Source: Oscillospiraceae bacterium (GTDB taxonomy: Bacteria; Bacillota; Clostridia; Oscillospirales; Oscillospiraceae). From it: 64,000 nucleotides of DNA. Positions 47,385 to 58,039 of the stretch are shown here, in pieces. Below the pieces are notes generated by a model, which was not told where the DNA came from, made no database searches, and worked only from the letters and a program-made list of their open reading frames with translations. Location of the stretch: NCBI GenBank assembly GCA_017457285.1, contig JAFTHT010000007.1, positions 10,631 through 74,630 of the forward strand, written 5' to 3'. The stretch's first letter is position 1. Every line of letters starts with the position of its first letter. The translations under genes were made by a program, and so were the position numbers.

Positions 47385-48334
47385 ATTTTCCTGTTTTCGA
47401 CCTGCATTGCGATACCGCTTACGCCCTGCTGGGAAGCGACCACAACAGTGCCGGTTCTCTTCGTAAAAACGACTTACATATCGATTTGGAGCGGGCCAAA
47501 GTGCTGCCGGGCTATGCCCAGTGCTTCGCTTGCTTCACCACGCCCTATATGGAGGAATGGTACCGGGTCAAGCCCCTGAATATGTTTGAGCGGGAGCTGG
47601 CCACCATCCAGCGGGAAATCGACAAGAACAAGCGGCTCATGTCCATTGCCTACGGCCCCGGCGATATCGAGGCCAACCGGCAGAAGGGGAAGATGTCCGC
47701 TATTTTGACCATCGAAGGCCCTGCGGGCTTTGGTTATGACCCGGAGCTTTTGCAGGATTTGAGCCTGATTGGCTTCCGGATGACCACCCTGGGCTGGAAC
47801 GAGAGCAACCCCCTTACCGGCTCCCACCAGACCGGCGGCGGTCTGACGGACATGGGCCGGGAATTTGTCAAGGAAGCCCAGCGGGTCGGAATGCTCATTG
47901 ATGTGAGCCACATCAGCGACGAGGGATTCTGGGATATTATAGATATCACCAACGGGCCTGTTGTGGCTTCCCATTCCAACAGCCGGGCCCTGTGTGATGT
48001 AAGCCGGAATCTGACGGACGATATGTTCAAGGCCATTTGCCAAACCGGCGGCGTGGCTGGTTTTAATCAATGCGCACCCTTTGTGGGCGCAGAGCCCACC
48101 TTAGACACCGTTTGCGACCACATTCTCCACTGGATGGAATTCGACCCGGAATGCCAGCACATCGCCCTGGGCGGCGATTTGGATGGCTGTGACCAGCTTA
48201 CCGGCGGCTTTGATGGCATTCAGAGCTACCCGGCCCTGGCCCAGCGGCTTTTGGAGCGGGGACTGACGGAACAACAGGTGGAAAATATCTTCTGGAACAA
48301 TGCCATGGGAGTGATGGAGAAATGCTCTATGTAA
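47381..48334 (+). CDS. Membrane dipeptidase family (M19)
   Basis: DLHCD, TIEG, DVSH, ASHSN, RNLTD, G.DLDG. Confidence 0.9.
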   Translation: MNFPVFDLHCDTAYALLGSDHNSAGSLRKNDLHIDLERAKVLPGYAQCFACFTTPYMEEWYRVKPLNMFERELATIQREIDKNKRLMSIAYGPGDIEANRQKGKMSAILTIEGPAGFGYDPELLQDLSLIGFRMTTLGWNESNPLTGSHQTGGGLTDMGREFVKEAQRVGMLIDVSHISDEGFWDIIDITNGPVVASHSNSRALCDVSRNLTDDMFKAICQTGGVAGFNQCAPFVGAEPTLDTVCDHILHWMEFDPECQHIALGGDLDGCDQLTGGFDGIQSYPALAQRLLERGLTEQQVENIFWNNAMGVMEKCSM

Positions 48335-49365
48335 CCACCCGCAGCAAACACGATGTTTATACCCCGGCCATCACCATGCAGCAGAATCGGGGGCCCGATG
48401 GGGGACTGTTTGTGCCCTTTAAGATGCCGGAATTTGACCGCAGCGCTATCAACGCTCTGGCGGACAAAACCTTCGGCCAGAATGTGGCGGATATCCTGAA
48501 TCTGTTTTTCGGCACTAAGCTAACAGGCTGGGATGTGGATATGGCCATCGGCCGTAACCCCTTCAAAATCCGCTCCATGAATTTCCGCATTCTGATTGGT
48601 GAACTTTACCACAACATGGAGGCGAATTTCGACCGGATGATTCGGGTTCTTTCCGAACGGGTGCATCCAGATGGTGACATCATCGGTAAGCATTCCGATT
48701 GGCTTGATATTGCCGTCCGTATTGGTGTGTTATTCGGAATTTTTGGCGAATTGATAGCTACGGAGCAAATTCGTTCGGATAAGCCCATCAATATTGCTGT
48801 CAGCTCCGGCAATTTTGCCTCGCCAATGGCGGCCTGGTATGCCCGGCAGATGGGGCTTCCTATTGGCACCATCATCTGCGGCTGCAACCAAAACGGTGCC
48901 CCCTGGGATTTACTCCATCGGGGCGAACTGGATACCGATGCAATCGCCGTAAACACTTCTACGCCAAAGTGCGATTATGCGCTGCCGCCGGATTTGGAGC
49001 GGCTGATTTGCGCTGCCTGTAATCAGGATGAAACGCTGAATTACTGCTTCCACTGCACCGAAGGCGGGACCTATCGCCCGGACCGGGATGCCCACGCCGC
49101 CATCCGACAGGGAATGTTCGCTGCCGTGGTTAGCGGTGTCCGCGTGCAGACCATCATTCCCAGCGTCTATCACACAAACCGATATATCCTGGATCAGTAT
49201 TCAGCCCTGGCTTACGGCGCTCTGGCGGACTATCGTTCCCGTACCGGCAAAAGCACGATGACACTCCTTCTGGTAGAAAACAGCCCCGTCACCCAAGGGG
49301 AATCCATTGCTAAGGCCATGAATATCACCGTGCCGGAGCTGAAAAAGCGGCTGGCGGAGGGATAA
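48322..49365 (+). CDS. Degenerate threonine-synthase-like protein (probable pseudoenzyme)
   Basis: Y.TTR, DGGLFVP, SGNF..MAAWYARQMGLP, LERL recognisable; ELFHGPT..FKD replaced by ELYHNMEANFDR; central domain missing. Confidence 0.7.
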   Translation: MLYVTTRSKHDVYTPAITMQQNRGPDGGLFVPFKMPEFDRSAINALADKTFGQNVADILNLFFGTKLTGWDVDMAIGRNPFKIRSMNFRILIGELYHNMEANFDRMIRVLSERVHPDGDIIGKHSDWLDIAVRIGVLFGIFGELIATEQIRSDKPINIAVSSGNFASPMAAWYARQMGLPIGTIICGCNQNGAPWDLLHRGELDTDAIAVNTSTPKCDYALPPDLERLICAACNQDETLNYCFHCTEGGTYRPDRDAHAAIRQGMFAAVVSGVRVQTIIPSVYHTNRYILDQYSALAYGALADYRSRTGKSTMTLLLVENSPVTQGESIAKAMNITVPELKKRLAEG

Positions 49366-49366
49366 G

Positions 49367-50053
49367 ATGGCACTTTACGCAATCGGCGACCTTCATCTGA
49401 GCCTTGGAGTAGAAAAGCCAATGGACGTGTTCGGCGGCAACTGGGTGGGGTATATGGAGAAGCTCGAAGAAGGGCTGTCCGTCATCGGCCCGGAGGATAC
49501 GACGGTTTTGCTGGGGGATTTGTCCTGGGCCCTGGATTTGGAGGGCGCGACTCCGGACTTCGCCTGGATCGACCGGATTCCCGGGCGGAAAATCATCCTC
49601 AAGGGCAACCACGACTATTGGTGGAGCACTGCCTCGAAATTCTACAAATTCTGCGAAGAAAATGGTTTTTCCAATCAATTTATTTTGAATAACAATCATT
49701 ATGAATATGAGGATTGGGCTATCTGCGGCACCCGGGGCTGGTTCTTTGAAGAGGAGCGCAGCGGGGAGCATGATGAGAAGGTTTTCAAGCGGGAGCTGCT
49801 GCGGTTGGAGGCGTCCTTAAAATCAGCAGGGGAGAGGCCCAAAATGGTCTTTTTACACTATCCTCCCCGGTACAAGGGCTACCAATGTGACGAGATCCTG
49901 GAGCTGCTGAATACCTATCAGGTCCGCCGGTGTTTTTACGGCCATCTGCACGGCCCCAGTCATAAATTGGCCATGGAAGGGCTGTGGGATGGGGTGGAAT
50001 TTCGGTTGGTTGCCGCTGATTTTCTGGATTTTAAGCCCTTCAAGGTAATTTAA
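49367..50053 (+). CDS. Calcineurin-like metallophosphoesterase
   Basis: DLH, GD.SW, GNHDYWW, LHYPP, GHLH. Confidence 0.9.
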   Translation: MALYAIGDLHLSLGVEKPMDVFGGNWVGYMEKLEEGLSVIGPEDTTVLLGDLSWALDLEGATPDFAWIDRIPGRKIILKGNHDYWWSTASKFYKFCEENGFSNQFILNNNHYEYEDWAICGTRGWFFEEERSGEHDEKVFKRELLRLEASLKSAGERPKMVFLHYPPRYKGYQCDEILELLNTYQVRRCFYGHLHGPSHKLAMEGLWDGVEFRLVAADFLDFKPFKVI

Positions 50054-50167
50054 TAAAGAATTTCAGAAAAAAGTGTGGACATTTTCCAGTTTCTTTGCTA
50101 GAATATATCGGACAAATTTATAAAGATACGCCGCTATGCGGCGGTTCAATCAGGAGGAACACAAACC

Positions 50168-51454
50168 ATGAATGTGAAGAACATTGAAAAGAACGGCAAT
50201 CAGGCCACCATCACCGTCGAGATCGACAAGGAACTGATGGAGAAGGGCGTCAACGCCGCTTACATGAAGGCCCGCAAGCAGATTCAGCTGCCCGGCTTCC
50301 GTAAGGGCAAGGCCCCCCGGAAGATGATCGAGGCCATGTACGGCGCTCACGTTTTCTACGAAGACGGCCTGGAAGAAATCTTCCCCGAGGTTTATGAGGA
50401 AGCTGTTGTGAAGCAGGACGTGAAGGCCATTGGCCGTCCCAGCCTGACCGATATGAACATCAGCGATGATGGCATTGTGACCATCACCATCTCCACCGAT
50501 GTCTACCCCGAAGTTACTCTGGGCGATTACAAGGGCCTGGAGGTTGAGAAGGCTGAGGCTTCCGTTACCGACGAGCAGGTTCAGGCGGAGCTGGACCGGA
50601 TGGCTCAGAACGTTGCTTCTACCGAGACCGTGGAGCGGGCTGCTGCCATGGGCGACACTGCCAACATCGACTTCGAGGGCTTCGACAATGGCGTGCCCTT
50701 CGACGGTGGCAAGGGTGACAACTTCGACCTGAAGCTGGGCTCCGGCTCCTTCGTTCCCGGCTTTGAGGAGCAGATCGTTGGCATGACCGCCGGCGAGGAG
50801 AAGGATATCGACATCACCTTCCCCGAGGATTATCACGAGGGCCTGGCCGGTAAGCCCGTTGTCTTCCATGTGAAGCTGAACAAGGTTACCGAGACCATCG
50901 TTCCCGCTCAGGATGACGAGTTTGCCAAGGACGTTTCCGAGTTCGACACCCTGGATGAGCTGAAGGCAGATATTCGTGCCAAGGCTCTGGAGAATGCCGA
51001 GAAGCAGATTAACTCCGCTTTCGAGCAGGCTTGCGTTGAGAAGGCCGCCGAGAACACCACCGTGGATATGCCCAAGGCCCTGATTGAGGCTGAGCTGGAT
51101 ACCCAGATGGAGCGCTTCGGCTATCAGCTGCAGATGAGCGGCTACTCTATGGAGCAGTATGCCAAGATGATGGGCGGCGATGTGTCCACCATGCGCAATG
51201 CGTTCCGTCCCGCCGCCGAGAAGCAGGCGAAGATCAACGTGACCCTGGAGAAGATCGGCGAGGTGGAGAACATCGAGGTCACCGAGGACGAGATCAACGC
51301 CGAGCTGGAGAGCCTGGCTTCCCAGTATCAGCTGGAGCTGGACAAGGTCAAGAGCATGGTCCCCGTTGAGGAGATCACCGCCAGCCTGAAGACCCGCAAG
51401 GCTGTGAAGGTCATTGTGGACAGCGCTGTTGCTGTTGCGCCCAAGGCTGAATAA
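50168..51454 (+). CDS. tig: Trigger factor
   Basis: PGFRKGKAP, FKBP domain (FVPGFEEQ, FPEDY). Confidence 0.97.
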   Translation: MNVKNIEKNGNQATITVEIDKELMEKGVNAAYMKARKQIQLPGFRKGKAPRKMIEAMYGAHVFYEDGLEEIFPEVYEEAVVKQDVKAIGRPSLTDMNISDDGIVTITISTDVYPEVTLGDYKGLEVEKAEASVTDEQVQAELDRMAQNVASTETVERAAAMGDTANIDFEGFDNGVPFDGGKGDNFDLKLGSGSFVPGFEEQIVGMTAGEEKDIDITFPEDYHEGLAGKPVVFHVKLNKVTETIVPAQDDEFAKDVSEFDTLDELKADIRAKALENAEKQINSAFEQACVEKAAENTTVDMPKALIEAELDTQMERFGYQLQMSGYSMEQYAKMMGGDVSTMRNAFRPAAEKQAKINVTLEKIGEVENIEVTEDEINAELESLASQYQLELDKVKSMVPVEEITASLKTRKAVKVIVDSAVAVAPKAE

Positions 51455-51464
51455 TGTAATAGAA

Positions 51465-51606
51465 TGTCATTGCGAATTAGTTCGCAAACAGCTTCGCGCT
51501 TAGAGCCGCCTGCGGCGGTTGCGCTACGCATAGTCTGCGGACTTATGGTGTGGCAATCTCCTTTGATTTTGGGGATTGCCACGTCGCTTCGCTCCTCGCA
51601 ATGACA
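51465..51606. repeat. TGTCATTGCGA..GGCAATC palindromic dispersed repeat, copy 2
   Basis: tgtcattgcga...gtggcaatc / gattgccac...tcgcaatgaca; same nested module as 24999-25159. Confidence 0.8.
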
Positions 51607-51681
51607 GGATTGTAAATTGAGGAATAACCTTCCTCTGAAATGGTTAGAATGTTTCAACCCCCTATGAAAGGAGACACGACC

Positions 51682-52263
51682 ATGAGTTTAGTGCCCTATG
51701 TTGTGGAGCAGACCAGCCGCGGCGAGCGCAGCTATGATATTTTCTCCCGTCTGCTCAACGACCGTATCATTTTCCTGTCCGAAGAGGTCAACGACACCAC
51801 TGCGTCCCTGATTGTCGCCCAGCTTCTTTACCTGGAGGCCCAGGACCCGGATAAGGATATTCAGTTCTATATCAACAGCCCCGGTGGCTCTGTTACCGCC
51901 GGCATGGCCATTTATGACACCATGCAGTACATCAAGTGCGATGTGGCCACCATTTGCGTGGGCCTTGCTGCCTCCATGGGTGCGTTCCTGCTGTCCGCCG
52001 GTGCCAAGGGTAAACGGATGGCGCTGCCCAATTCTGAGATTATGATTCACCAGCCCAGCGCCGGTACCCAGGGTCAGATCACCGATATGGCCATCCATAT
52101 GAAGCGACTGCAGACCATCAAGGAGCGGATGAACCGCATTCTGGCCGAAAATACCGGCAAGAGTGTGGAAGAAGTCACTGCCGCTTGTGAGCGTGACAAC
52201 TTTATGACCGCCGAAGAGGCCCTGTCCTTCGGCTTGATCGACCGCGTGCTCGATCGCCATTGA
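51682..52263 (+). CDS. clpP: ATP-dependent Clp protease proteolytic subunit
   Basis: YINSPGG, GLAASMG, MIHQP, ERDNF. Confidence 0.97.
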   Translation: MSLVPYVVEQTSRGERSYDIFSRLLNDRIIFLSEEVNDTTASLIVAQLLYLEAQDPDKDIQFYINSPGGSVTAGMAIYDTMQYIKCDVATICVGLAASMGAFLLSAGAKGKRMALPNSEIMIHQPSAGTQGQITDMAIHMKRLQTIKERMNRILAENTGKSVEEVTAACERDNFMTAEEALSFGLIDRVLDRH

Positions 52264-52287
52264 TTAAGAAAGGCAGGAACCTGCTTC

Positions 52288-53547
52288 ATGGCAAATCACG
52301 ACGAGCAGCAGCCCATTCGCTGTTCCTTCTGCGGTAAGCGGGAGGGGCAGGTGCAGATGATTGCCGGTCCCGGTGTCTACATCTGTGGCGACTGTGTTCG
52401 CACCTGCAGCGATTTATTGCAGGAACAGGGTTATTCTATTGATACGGAATTTTCCGGCCTGGAATCCCTGCCCACACCCATGGAGATGAAAGACTTCATG
52501 GATGGCTACATTGTTGGACAGGAAGAGGCGAAAATCGCCCTTTCTGTGGCTGTTTACAATCATTATAAGCGCATTTATCTTTCCCAGGATTCTGACGTGG
52601 AGTTGCAGAAGAGTAATATTCTGCTAATCGGCCCCACCGGCTGCGGCAAAACCCTTTTTGCCCAGACTCTGGCTAAGATTTTGAATGTACCCTTCGCCAT
52701 TGCCGACGCAACCACCCTGACCGAGGCCGGTTATGTGGGTGATGATGTGGAGAATATCCTGGTTCGCCTGCTTCAGGCGGCGGAATTTGATGTGGAACTG
52801 GCGGAGCGGGGCATCATTTATATCGATGAGATGGATAAGATCGCCCGCAAGAGCGAAAATACTTCCATCACCCGGGATGTGTCCGGCGAGGGTGTTCAGC
52901 AGGCTCTGCTGAAGATTCTGGAGGGCACCGTTGCCAATGTGCCGCCCCAGGGTGGGCGGAAGCATCCCCAGCAGGAGACCATTCAGGTGGATACCTCCAA
53001 CATTCTCTTCATCTGCGGCGGTGCTTTCGACGGTCTTGATAAGATTATCGAAACCCGCACCGACAAATCCGCCATCGGCTTCGATGCACCGGTGGAAAGC
53101 AAGAAGAAGCGGGATGTGGGGAAGCTCCTGGCGCAGGTTCAGCCCCATGATTTGTTGAAATTCGGCATTATTCCGGAACTGGTGGGCCGTATGCCGGTGA
53201 TTACTTGTCTGGAAAGCCTGAAAAAGGAAGATTTGGTTCGCATTCTGGTGGAACCCAGGAACGCTCTGACGAAGCAGTACCAGAAACTGCTGGAAATGGA
53301 CGATGTGGAGCTGGAGATTCAGCCAGAAGCTCTGGAGGCTGTGGCCCAGAAGGCCATTGACCGCCAGATTGGTGCCAGAGGTCTCCGGGCCGTGATGGAG
53401 AAGGCTATGACCCGAATCATGTACGAGATTCCTTCTGATCTGACTATCCGTAAGGTCATCATCACCCCGGAATGTATCGACGGCGGCGAGCCACTCATCG
53501 AGCGCACCCCTGATGCTCCCCGGAGCAGAAAAAGTGCCAAGAAATAA
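52288..53547 (+). CDS. clpX: Clp protease ATP-binding subunit
   Basis: CSFCGK zinc domain, [24 protein letters not shown] loop. Confidence 0.97.
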   Translation: MANHDEQQPIRCSFCGKREGQVQMIAGPGVYICGDCVRTCSDLLQEQGYSIDTEFSGLESLPTPMEMKDFMDGYIVGQEEAKIALSVAVYNHYKRIYLSQDSDVELQKSNILLIGPTGCGKTLFAQTLAKILNVPFAIADATTLTEAGYVGDDVENILVRLLQAAEFDVELAERGIIYIDEMDKIARKSENTSITRDVSGEGVQQALLKILEGTVANVPPQGGRKHPQQETIQVDTSNILFICGGAFDGLDKIIETRTDKSAIGFDAPVESKKKRDVGKLLAQVQPHDLLKFGIIPELVGRMPVITCLESLKKEDLVRILVEPRNALTKQYQKLLEMDDVELEIQPEALEAVAQKAIDRQIGARGLRAVMEKAMTRIMYEIPSDLTIRKVIITPECIDGGEPLIERTPDAPRSRKSAKK

Positions 53548-53613
53548 GCAATTTCCCAAAAGGGGGTAGTTTTTCTACCCCCTTTTTCGCTCTATACAAA
53601 GGAAGGTGATCCC

Positions 53614-56013
53614 ATGAGCGAAACCTATATTTCCGGCGACCTGCCGGTGCTGGCCCTGCGGGGCCTGGCGGTGTTTCCGGACCAGAGTGTCCACTTTGAT
53701 GTGGGCCGCATGAAGTCCGTGAAAGCACTGGAGCGGGCTATGAAGGATGGTTCCCCCATTTTTCTTGTGCCTCAAAAAAATATTATGACCGATGACCCTG
53801 AGCTGGGAGATTTGGTCGCCATCGGAACCGTTGCAAAGGTAAAGCAGATTCTTCGGCCCCAGGGGGAAACCATGCGGGTGCTGGTCAACGGCATTTGCCG
53901 GGGCCGTATTTCTGAAATGCGCAGCACGGAGCCCTATCTCTACGCCCATGTGCAGGCCGTGCCGGAATCGGAATCCGTGGACAGCCCACGCAATCATGCC
54001 CTTTGCCGGGAGGCTAATGCACTCTACGGTGCTTACCTGGAGCTGTCTGAGTTTCCGGCCCAATCTGTGATGCTCAAAATGCTGTCGTCCCATAATCCCG
54101 GTTTTCTTGCCGATTGCATCGCTCAAAATTCCGGCATGGATTATCAGGACAAAGCGAAGCTCCTGTGTAACCTTGATCCGGTTCGTCGGTTGGAATCTGC
54201 CCTGCGGCTCCTGAGCCGGGAGCTGGAAATGCTGCGGTTGGAGGACGACATTCAGTCCCGTACCCATGCCGCCATGGACAAAAACCAGCGGGAATACTAT
54301 CTGCGGGAGCAGATGAAAATCATTCGGGAAGAGCTGGGGGAGCAGGATGAATACGAGGAATTTGCTGAGTATGAAAAGAAAATCCTTCAATGCCATTTTG
54401 ATGAGGAAACTGAAAATAAGCTCCGCAAGGATTTGTCCCGGCTGAAAAAGCAGCCCTTTGGTTCCTCTGAGGCGGCGGTGCTTCGGAATTACCTGGATAC
54501 GGTGCTGGATTTGCCCTGGTTGACCTGGACGAAGGAGCGAATCAGCGTTGAAGCTGCCGCCAAGGTGCTGGAGAAGGACCACTACGGTCTGGAGAAGGTG
54601 AAGGAGCGGATCCTCGAAACGGTTGCGATTCGGCAGATGGCGCCTCAGATGCCGCCCCAGATTCTGTGCCTGGTGGGCCCTCCCGGCGTTGGTAAGACCT
54701 CCATTGCCTATTCCATCGCCCGGGCGCTGAACCGGAAGCTGGCCCGGATTTCCCTGGGCGGTGTGCGGGACGAAGCGGACATTCGTGGCCATCGGAAAAC
54801 CTATGTCGGTGCCATGCCCGGCCGTATTATGGCTGCGATGACCCAGGCGGGCAGCCGGAATCCGCTGCTTTTGCTGGATGAAATCGATAAAATGGGTGCC
54901 GATCATCGGGGCGACCCCAGCGCCGCTTTGCTGGAGGTGCTGGATGCGGAGCAGAACAAGACTTATCGGGATCATTATTTAGAAATTCCCTTCGATTTGT
55001 CAGAAGTGATGTTTATCACCACCGCCAATACTCTGGATACGGTGCCCCGGCCGCTGCTGGACCGGATGGAGGTCATTGAGCTGGGCTCCTATACCGATGA
55101 AGAAAAGCTGATGATTGCCAAAAATCATCTGATTCCCAAGCAGATGGCGAAGCACGGCCTGAAGAAATCCCAATTGAAGGTGTCCGACGATGCCATTCGG
55201 GAGATTATTTGCTGCTACACCAGAGAATCCGGCGTTCGGAACCTGGAGCGTTGCTTTGCGGATATTTGCCGAAAGACCGACCGAAAGCTACTGGAAGAGG
55301 ACGCACCCAAAAAAATCAGTATTACCGGTTCCAATGTGGCAGAATTTTTGGGTATTCGGAAATATCTGCCTGACCGAATCCCCGGCACCGATCAGATTGG
55401 TCTGGTCACCGGTTTGGCCTGGACCTCGGTTGGGGGCGAGACTTTGGAAGTGGAAGTCAACGTAATGGATGGCTCCGGCAAATTGGAGCTCACCGGCAAT
55501 TTGGGCGATGTGATGAAGGAATCCGCCCACGGAGCCCTGAGCTATATCCGCGCCAATGCCCAGAAGCTGGGGGTTGCCCCGGATTTTTACAAGACCAAGG
55601 ATATCCATGTCCATTTCCCTGCCGGGGCAGTGCCCAAGGATGGGCCCTCCGCCGGTGTTACCGTTACCACCGCCATGGTGTCCGCTTTGACCAATACCCC
55701 CGTCCGGCGGGATATCGCCATGACCGGTGAGGTTTCTATTCGTGGCCGGGTGCTGCCCATCGGCGGCCTGAAGGAGAAGACCATGGCTGCCCTGCGGCAC
55801 GGCATTTCCACGGTGATCATCCCGGAGGATAACCGCCGGGACCTGGAGGAAATCGACCAGACGGTCCGCAAGTCCTTGAATTTCATCACCGCAACCACGG
55901 TGGACACGGTGCTGGAGGCAGCTTTGAAGCGGGATGGGGAAATTATCCCTACCATTCGAAACGATTTGCCTGCTGATGTGAAGCCCAGAAACCGCAGCAG
56001 CATCCAGCAGTGA
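53614..56013 (+). CDS. lon: Lon protease
   Basis: GPPGVGKTS, LLDEIDK, PKDGPSAG, IGGLKEK. Confidence 0.97.
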   Translation: MSETYISGDLPVLALRGLAVFPDQSVHFDVGRMKSVKALERAMKDGSPIFLVPQKNIMTDDPELGDLVAIGTVAKVKQILRPQGETMRVLVNGICRGRISEMRSTEPYLYAHVQAVPESESVDSPRNHALCREANALYGAYLELSEFPAQSVMLKMLSSHNPGFLADCIAQNSGMDYQDKAKLLCNLDPVRRLESALRLLSRELEMLRLEDDIQSRTHAAMDKNQREYYLREQMKIIREELGEQDEYEEFAEYEKKILQCHFDEETENKLRKDLSRLKKQPFGSSEAAVLRNYLDTVLDLPWLTWTKERISVEAAAKVLEKDHYGLEKVKERILETVAIRQMAPQMPPQILCLVGPPGVGKTSIAYSIARALNRKLARISLGGVRDEADIRGHRKTYVGAMPGRIMAAMTQAGSRNPLLLLDEIDKMGADHRGDPSAALLEVLDAEQNKTYRDHYLEIPFDLSEVMFITTANTLDTVPRPLLDRMEVIELGSYTDEEKLMIAKNHLIPKQMAKHGLKKSQLKVSDDAIREIICCYTRESGVRNLERCFADICRKTDRKLLEEDAPKKISITGSNVAEFLGIRKYLPDRIPGTDQIGLVTGLAWTSVGGETLEVEVNVMDGSGKLELTGNLGDVMKESAHGALSYIRANAQKLGVAPDFYKTKDIHVHFPAGAVPKDGPSAGVTVTTAMVSALTNTPVRRDIAMTGEVSIRGRVLPIGGLKEKTMAALRHGISTVIIPEDNRRDLEEIDQTVRKSLNFITATTVDTVLEAALKRDGEIIPTIRNDLPADVKPRNRSSIQQ

Positions 56014-56021
56014 GGTATGAT

Positions 56022-56606
56022 ATGAATCTTCACAATGTAGAATTTTTAATTTCCGCGGCGGCTCCCAAGGATTTTCCCAAGAGCCGCCTGCCGGAAATTG
56101 CCTTTGCAGGCAAATCTAATGTGGGTAAATCCTCGGTCATCAACCGAATCCTGAACCGAAAAAATTTCGCCAGAGTAGGGGAGAAGCCGGGTAAAACCAT
56201 CCATGTCAACTATTTTACTGTTGATAAAAAATGTTATTTTGTGGATTTGCCCGGCTATGGCTATGCGAAGGTTTCCCAGAAGGAAAAAGAGCGGTGGGGC
56301 AAGCTCATGGAGGATTATTTCGCGGCTGGGCGCATCGATCTGGGCATTTTGATCGTTGACCACCGCCATGCGCCTACCAATAACGATATCACTATGGCCC
56401 GTTGGTTCCTGGACAGCGGTTGTCCTTTTGTGGTGGTTGCCAATAAGCTGGACAAGGTGAAAAAGAGCGAGATCCAGTCGATTCTGGCAACCATCCGCTC
56501 CGATTTGGAGCTGCCGGAGGCGTGTCCTATTATTTCGTTTTCTGCTGAAAAAGGAAACGGCAAGGACGAGCTGCTGAAGTATATTTTCGCCGCGGTTAAA
56601 GAATAG
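56022..56606 (+). CDS. engB: GTP-binding protein EngB/YsxC
   Basis: GKSNVGKSS, PGKT, DLPGYG, NKLD. Confidence 0.95.
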   Translation: MNLHNVEFLISAAAPKDFPKSRLPEIAFAGKSNVGKSSVINRILNRKNFARVGEKPGKTIHVNYFTVDKKCYFVDLPGYGYAKVSQKEKERWGKLMEDYFAAGRIDLGILIVDHRHAPTNNDITMARWFLDSGCPFVVVANKLDKVKKSEIQSILATIRSDLELPEACPIISFSAEKGNGKDELLKYIFAAVKE

Positions 56607-56655
56607 CTGTCATTGCAAATTCCGTTGGGCCGTGGCAATCTCACGGAGGTTTCCT

Positions 56656-57159
56656 ATGGTTCTGGAAATTGACGACTGGAAATTTGATATTGACATGGCG
56701 GCTACCATGGAATACTCCGCCGCTGAGGCCGCTGACCACTGCACTTGCGCCTATTGCCGCAATTTTTATGCCGCTGTTGACAACACTTACCCAAATTTGC
56801 GGACATTTCTTGCACAATTTGGAATTGATATTGAGGCACCGGATGAATTGATGCCTTTCACTTCAATCATGCTCATGAATTTATATGCAGTGTCCGGCTC
56901 AATCCTTCAATTTTCTAAGGAACCAATTTTGGTTGACGGAATCAAAGTATTTCCTGAAACTGCGGAACAGGCCATGATCAATACGTATTGCCCGCGGCCG
57001 TACTTTGTGTTGTCTGTTGGAACGATGGATCTGCCATGGGTCCTTGATGAACCGATGGAAGAAGATCAAATTATTTCACCTGCAAATGTTCCGTCTTTTC
57101 TCAAAAAAATGTGGTCCAAATTGCTAAATCGCCAACCAAAAGACGATATGAAATCCTGA
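56656..57159 (+). CDS. Hypothetical protein with CxCxxC motif
   Basis: HCTCAYCRNF; GGAGG RBS; preceded by partial repeat 56607-56640. Confidence 0.65.
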   Translation: MVLEIDDWKFDIDMAATMEYSAAEAADHCTCAYCRNFYAAVDNTYPNLRTFLAQFGIDIEAPDELMPFTSIMLMNLYAVSGSILQFSKEPILVDGIKVFPETAEQAMINTYCPRPYFVLSVGTMDLPWVLDEPMEEDQIISPANVPSFLKKMWSKLLNRQPKDDMKS

Positions 57160-57165
57160 ATATGC

Positions 57166-57198
57166 AGCAAGCCCACAGCCATTCGGCTGTGGGCTTTT
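57166..57198. terminator. Hairpin terminator between convergent genes
   Basis: aagcccacagcc-attc-ggctgtgggcttt. Confidence 0.75.
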
Positions 57199-57210
57199 CG
57201 TAATAGAAAA

Positions 57211-57459
57211 TCAAATACCTTTGGCTTCCTTCAATGCCTTTGCCAGCTGGTCGGGGCAGGAGGTGGACTTCATACCGCACTTGATGCCCTCTACCCGGGA
57301 GATGACATCGTCGATATCCATGCCCTCCACCAGGGCGCCGATGCCCTTCAGGTTGCCGTTGCAGCCGCCGAAGAACTGAACGTTGCTGACCTTGTTATCG
57401 TCCACCTCAAAGCTGATCATTTGGGAGCATACGCCCTTGGTTCTGTAAGTATATTGCAT
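57211..57459 (-). CDS. TIGR03905 family TSCPD-domain protein
   Basis: GVCS, GGCNGNL, CG.K.TSCPDQL. Confidence 0.9.
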   Translation of the reverse strand: MQYTYRTKGVCSQMISFEVDDNKVSNVQFFGGCNGNLKGIGALVEGMDIDDVISRVEGIKCGMKSTSCPDQLAKALKEAKGI

Positions 57460-57474
57460 AAAAATCTTCCTTTC

Positions 57475-57945
57475 TCAGGTTAAATCGACCAATTTTGCTT
57501 GGACAAGTTCAGCCAGCGCCTCCGGCGGGAGGATCATTTGGTGGCCTCTGGCCCCGGCGGAGACGGCGATCTCGTCCCAGAGAATACAGGTTTCATCGAA
57601 ATAGGTGGGATATTTCTTTTTCATCCCGACAGGACTGCAGCCACCCCGAATATATCCGGTGAGTCCCAGAAGCTCCTTCACAGCAACCATTTCGATTTTC
57701 TTATCACCGGCGGCCTTGGCGGCTTTTTTCAAATCCAGCTCACAGCATACCGGGATACAAAATACATGGATCCCCGTTTTATCGCCACGGGCTACCAGCG
57801 TCTTGAAAACCTGCTCCGGAGGCATCCCCACGGCTTTTGCTGCGTGGTTTCCGTTGAGATCATTTTCGTCAAATTCATAAAACGCCTCCCGGCAGGGAAT
57901 TTTTGCTTGCTGGACCATCCGGACGGCGTTGGTCTTGTCTGCCAT
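57475..57945 (-). CDS. ybaK: Cys-tRNA(Pro) deacylase
   Basis: KTNA.R, VFKTLV, TGYIRGGCSPVG, SAGARG. Confidence 0.93.
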   Translation of the reverse strand: MADKTNAVRMVQQAKIPCREAFYEFDENDLNGNHAAKAVGMPPEQVFKTLVARGDKTGIHVFCIPVCCELDLKKAAKAAGDKKIEMVAVKELLGLTGYIRGGCSPVGMKKKYPTYFDETCILWDEIAVSAGARGHQMILPPEALAELVQAKLVDLT

Positions 57946-58039
57946 AAAATCACCTTTTGTATTATACCTTACTTTTCCCCCGGTTGCAAGGGGGATTTAT
58001 TGGACAGAATAAGGTTATCCAAAATACAGGAGGTATACC

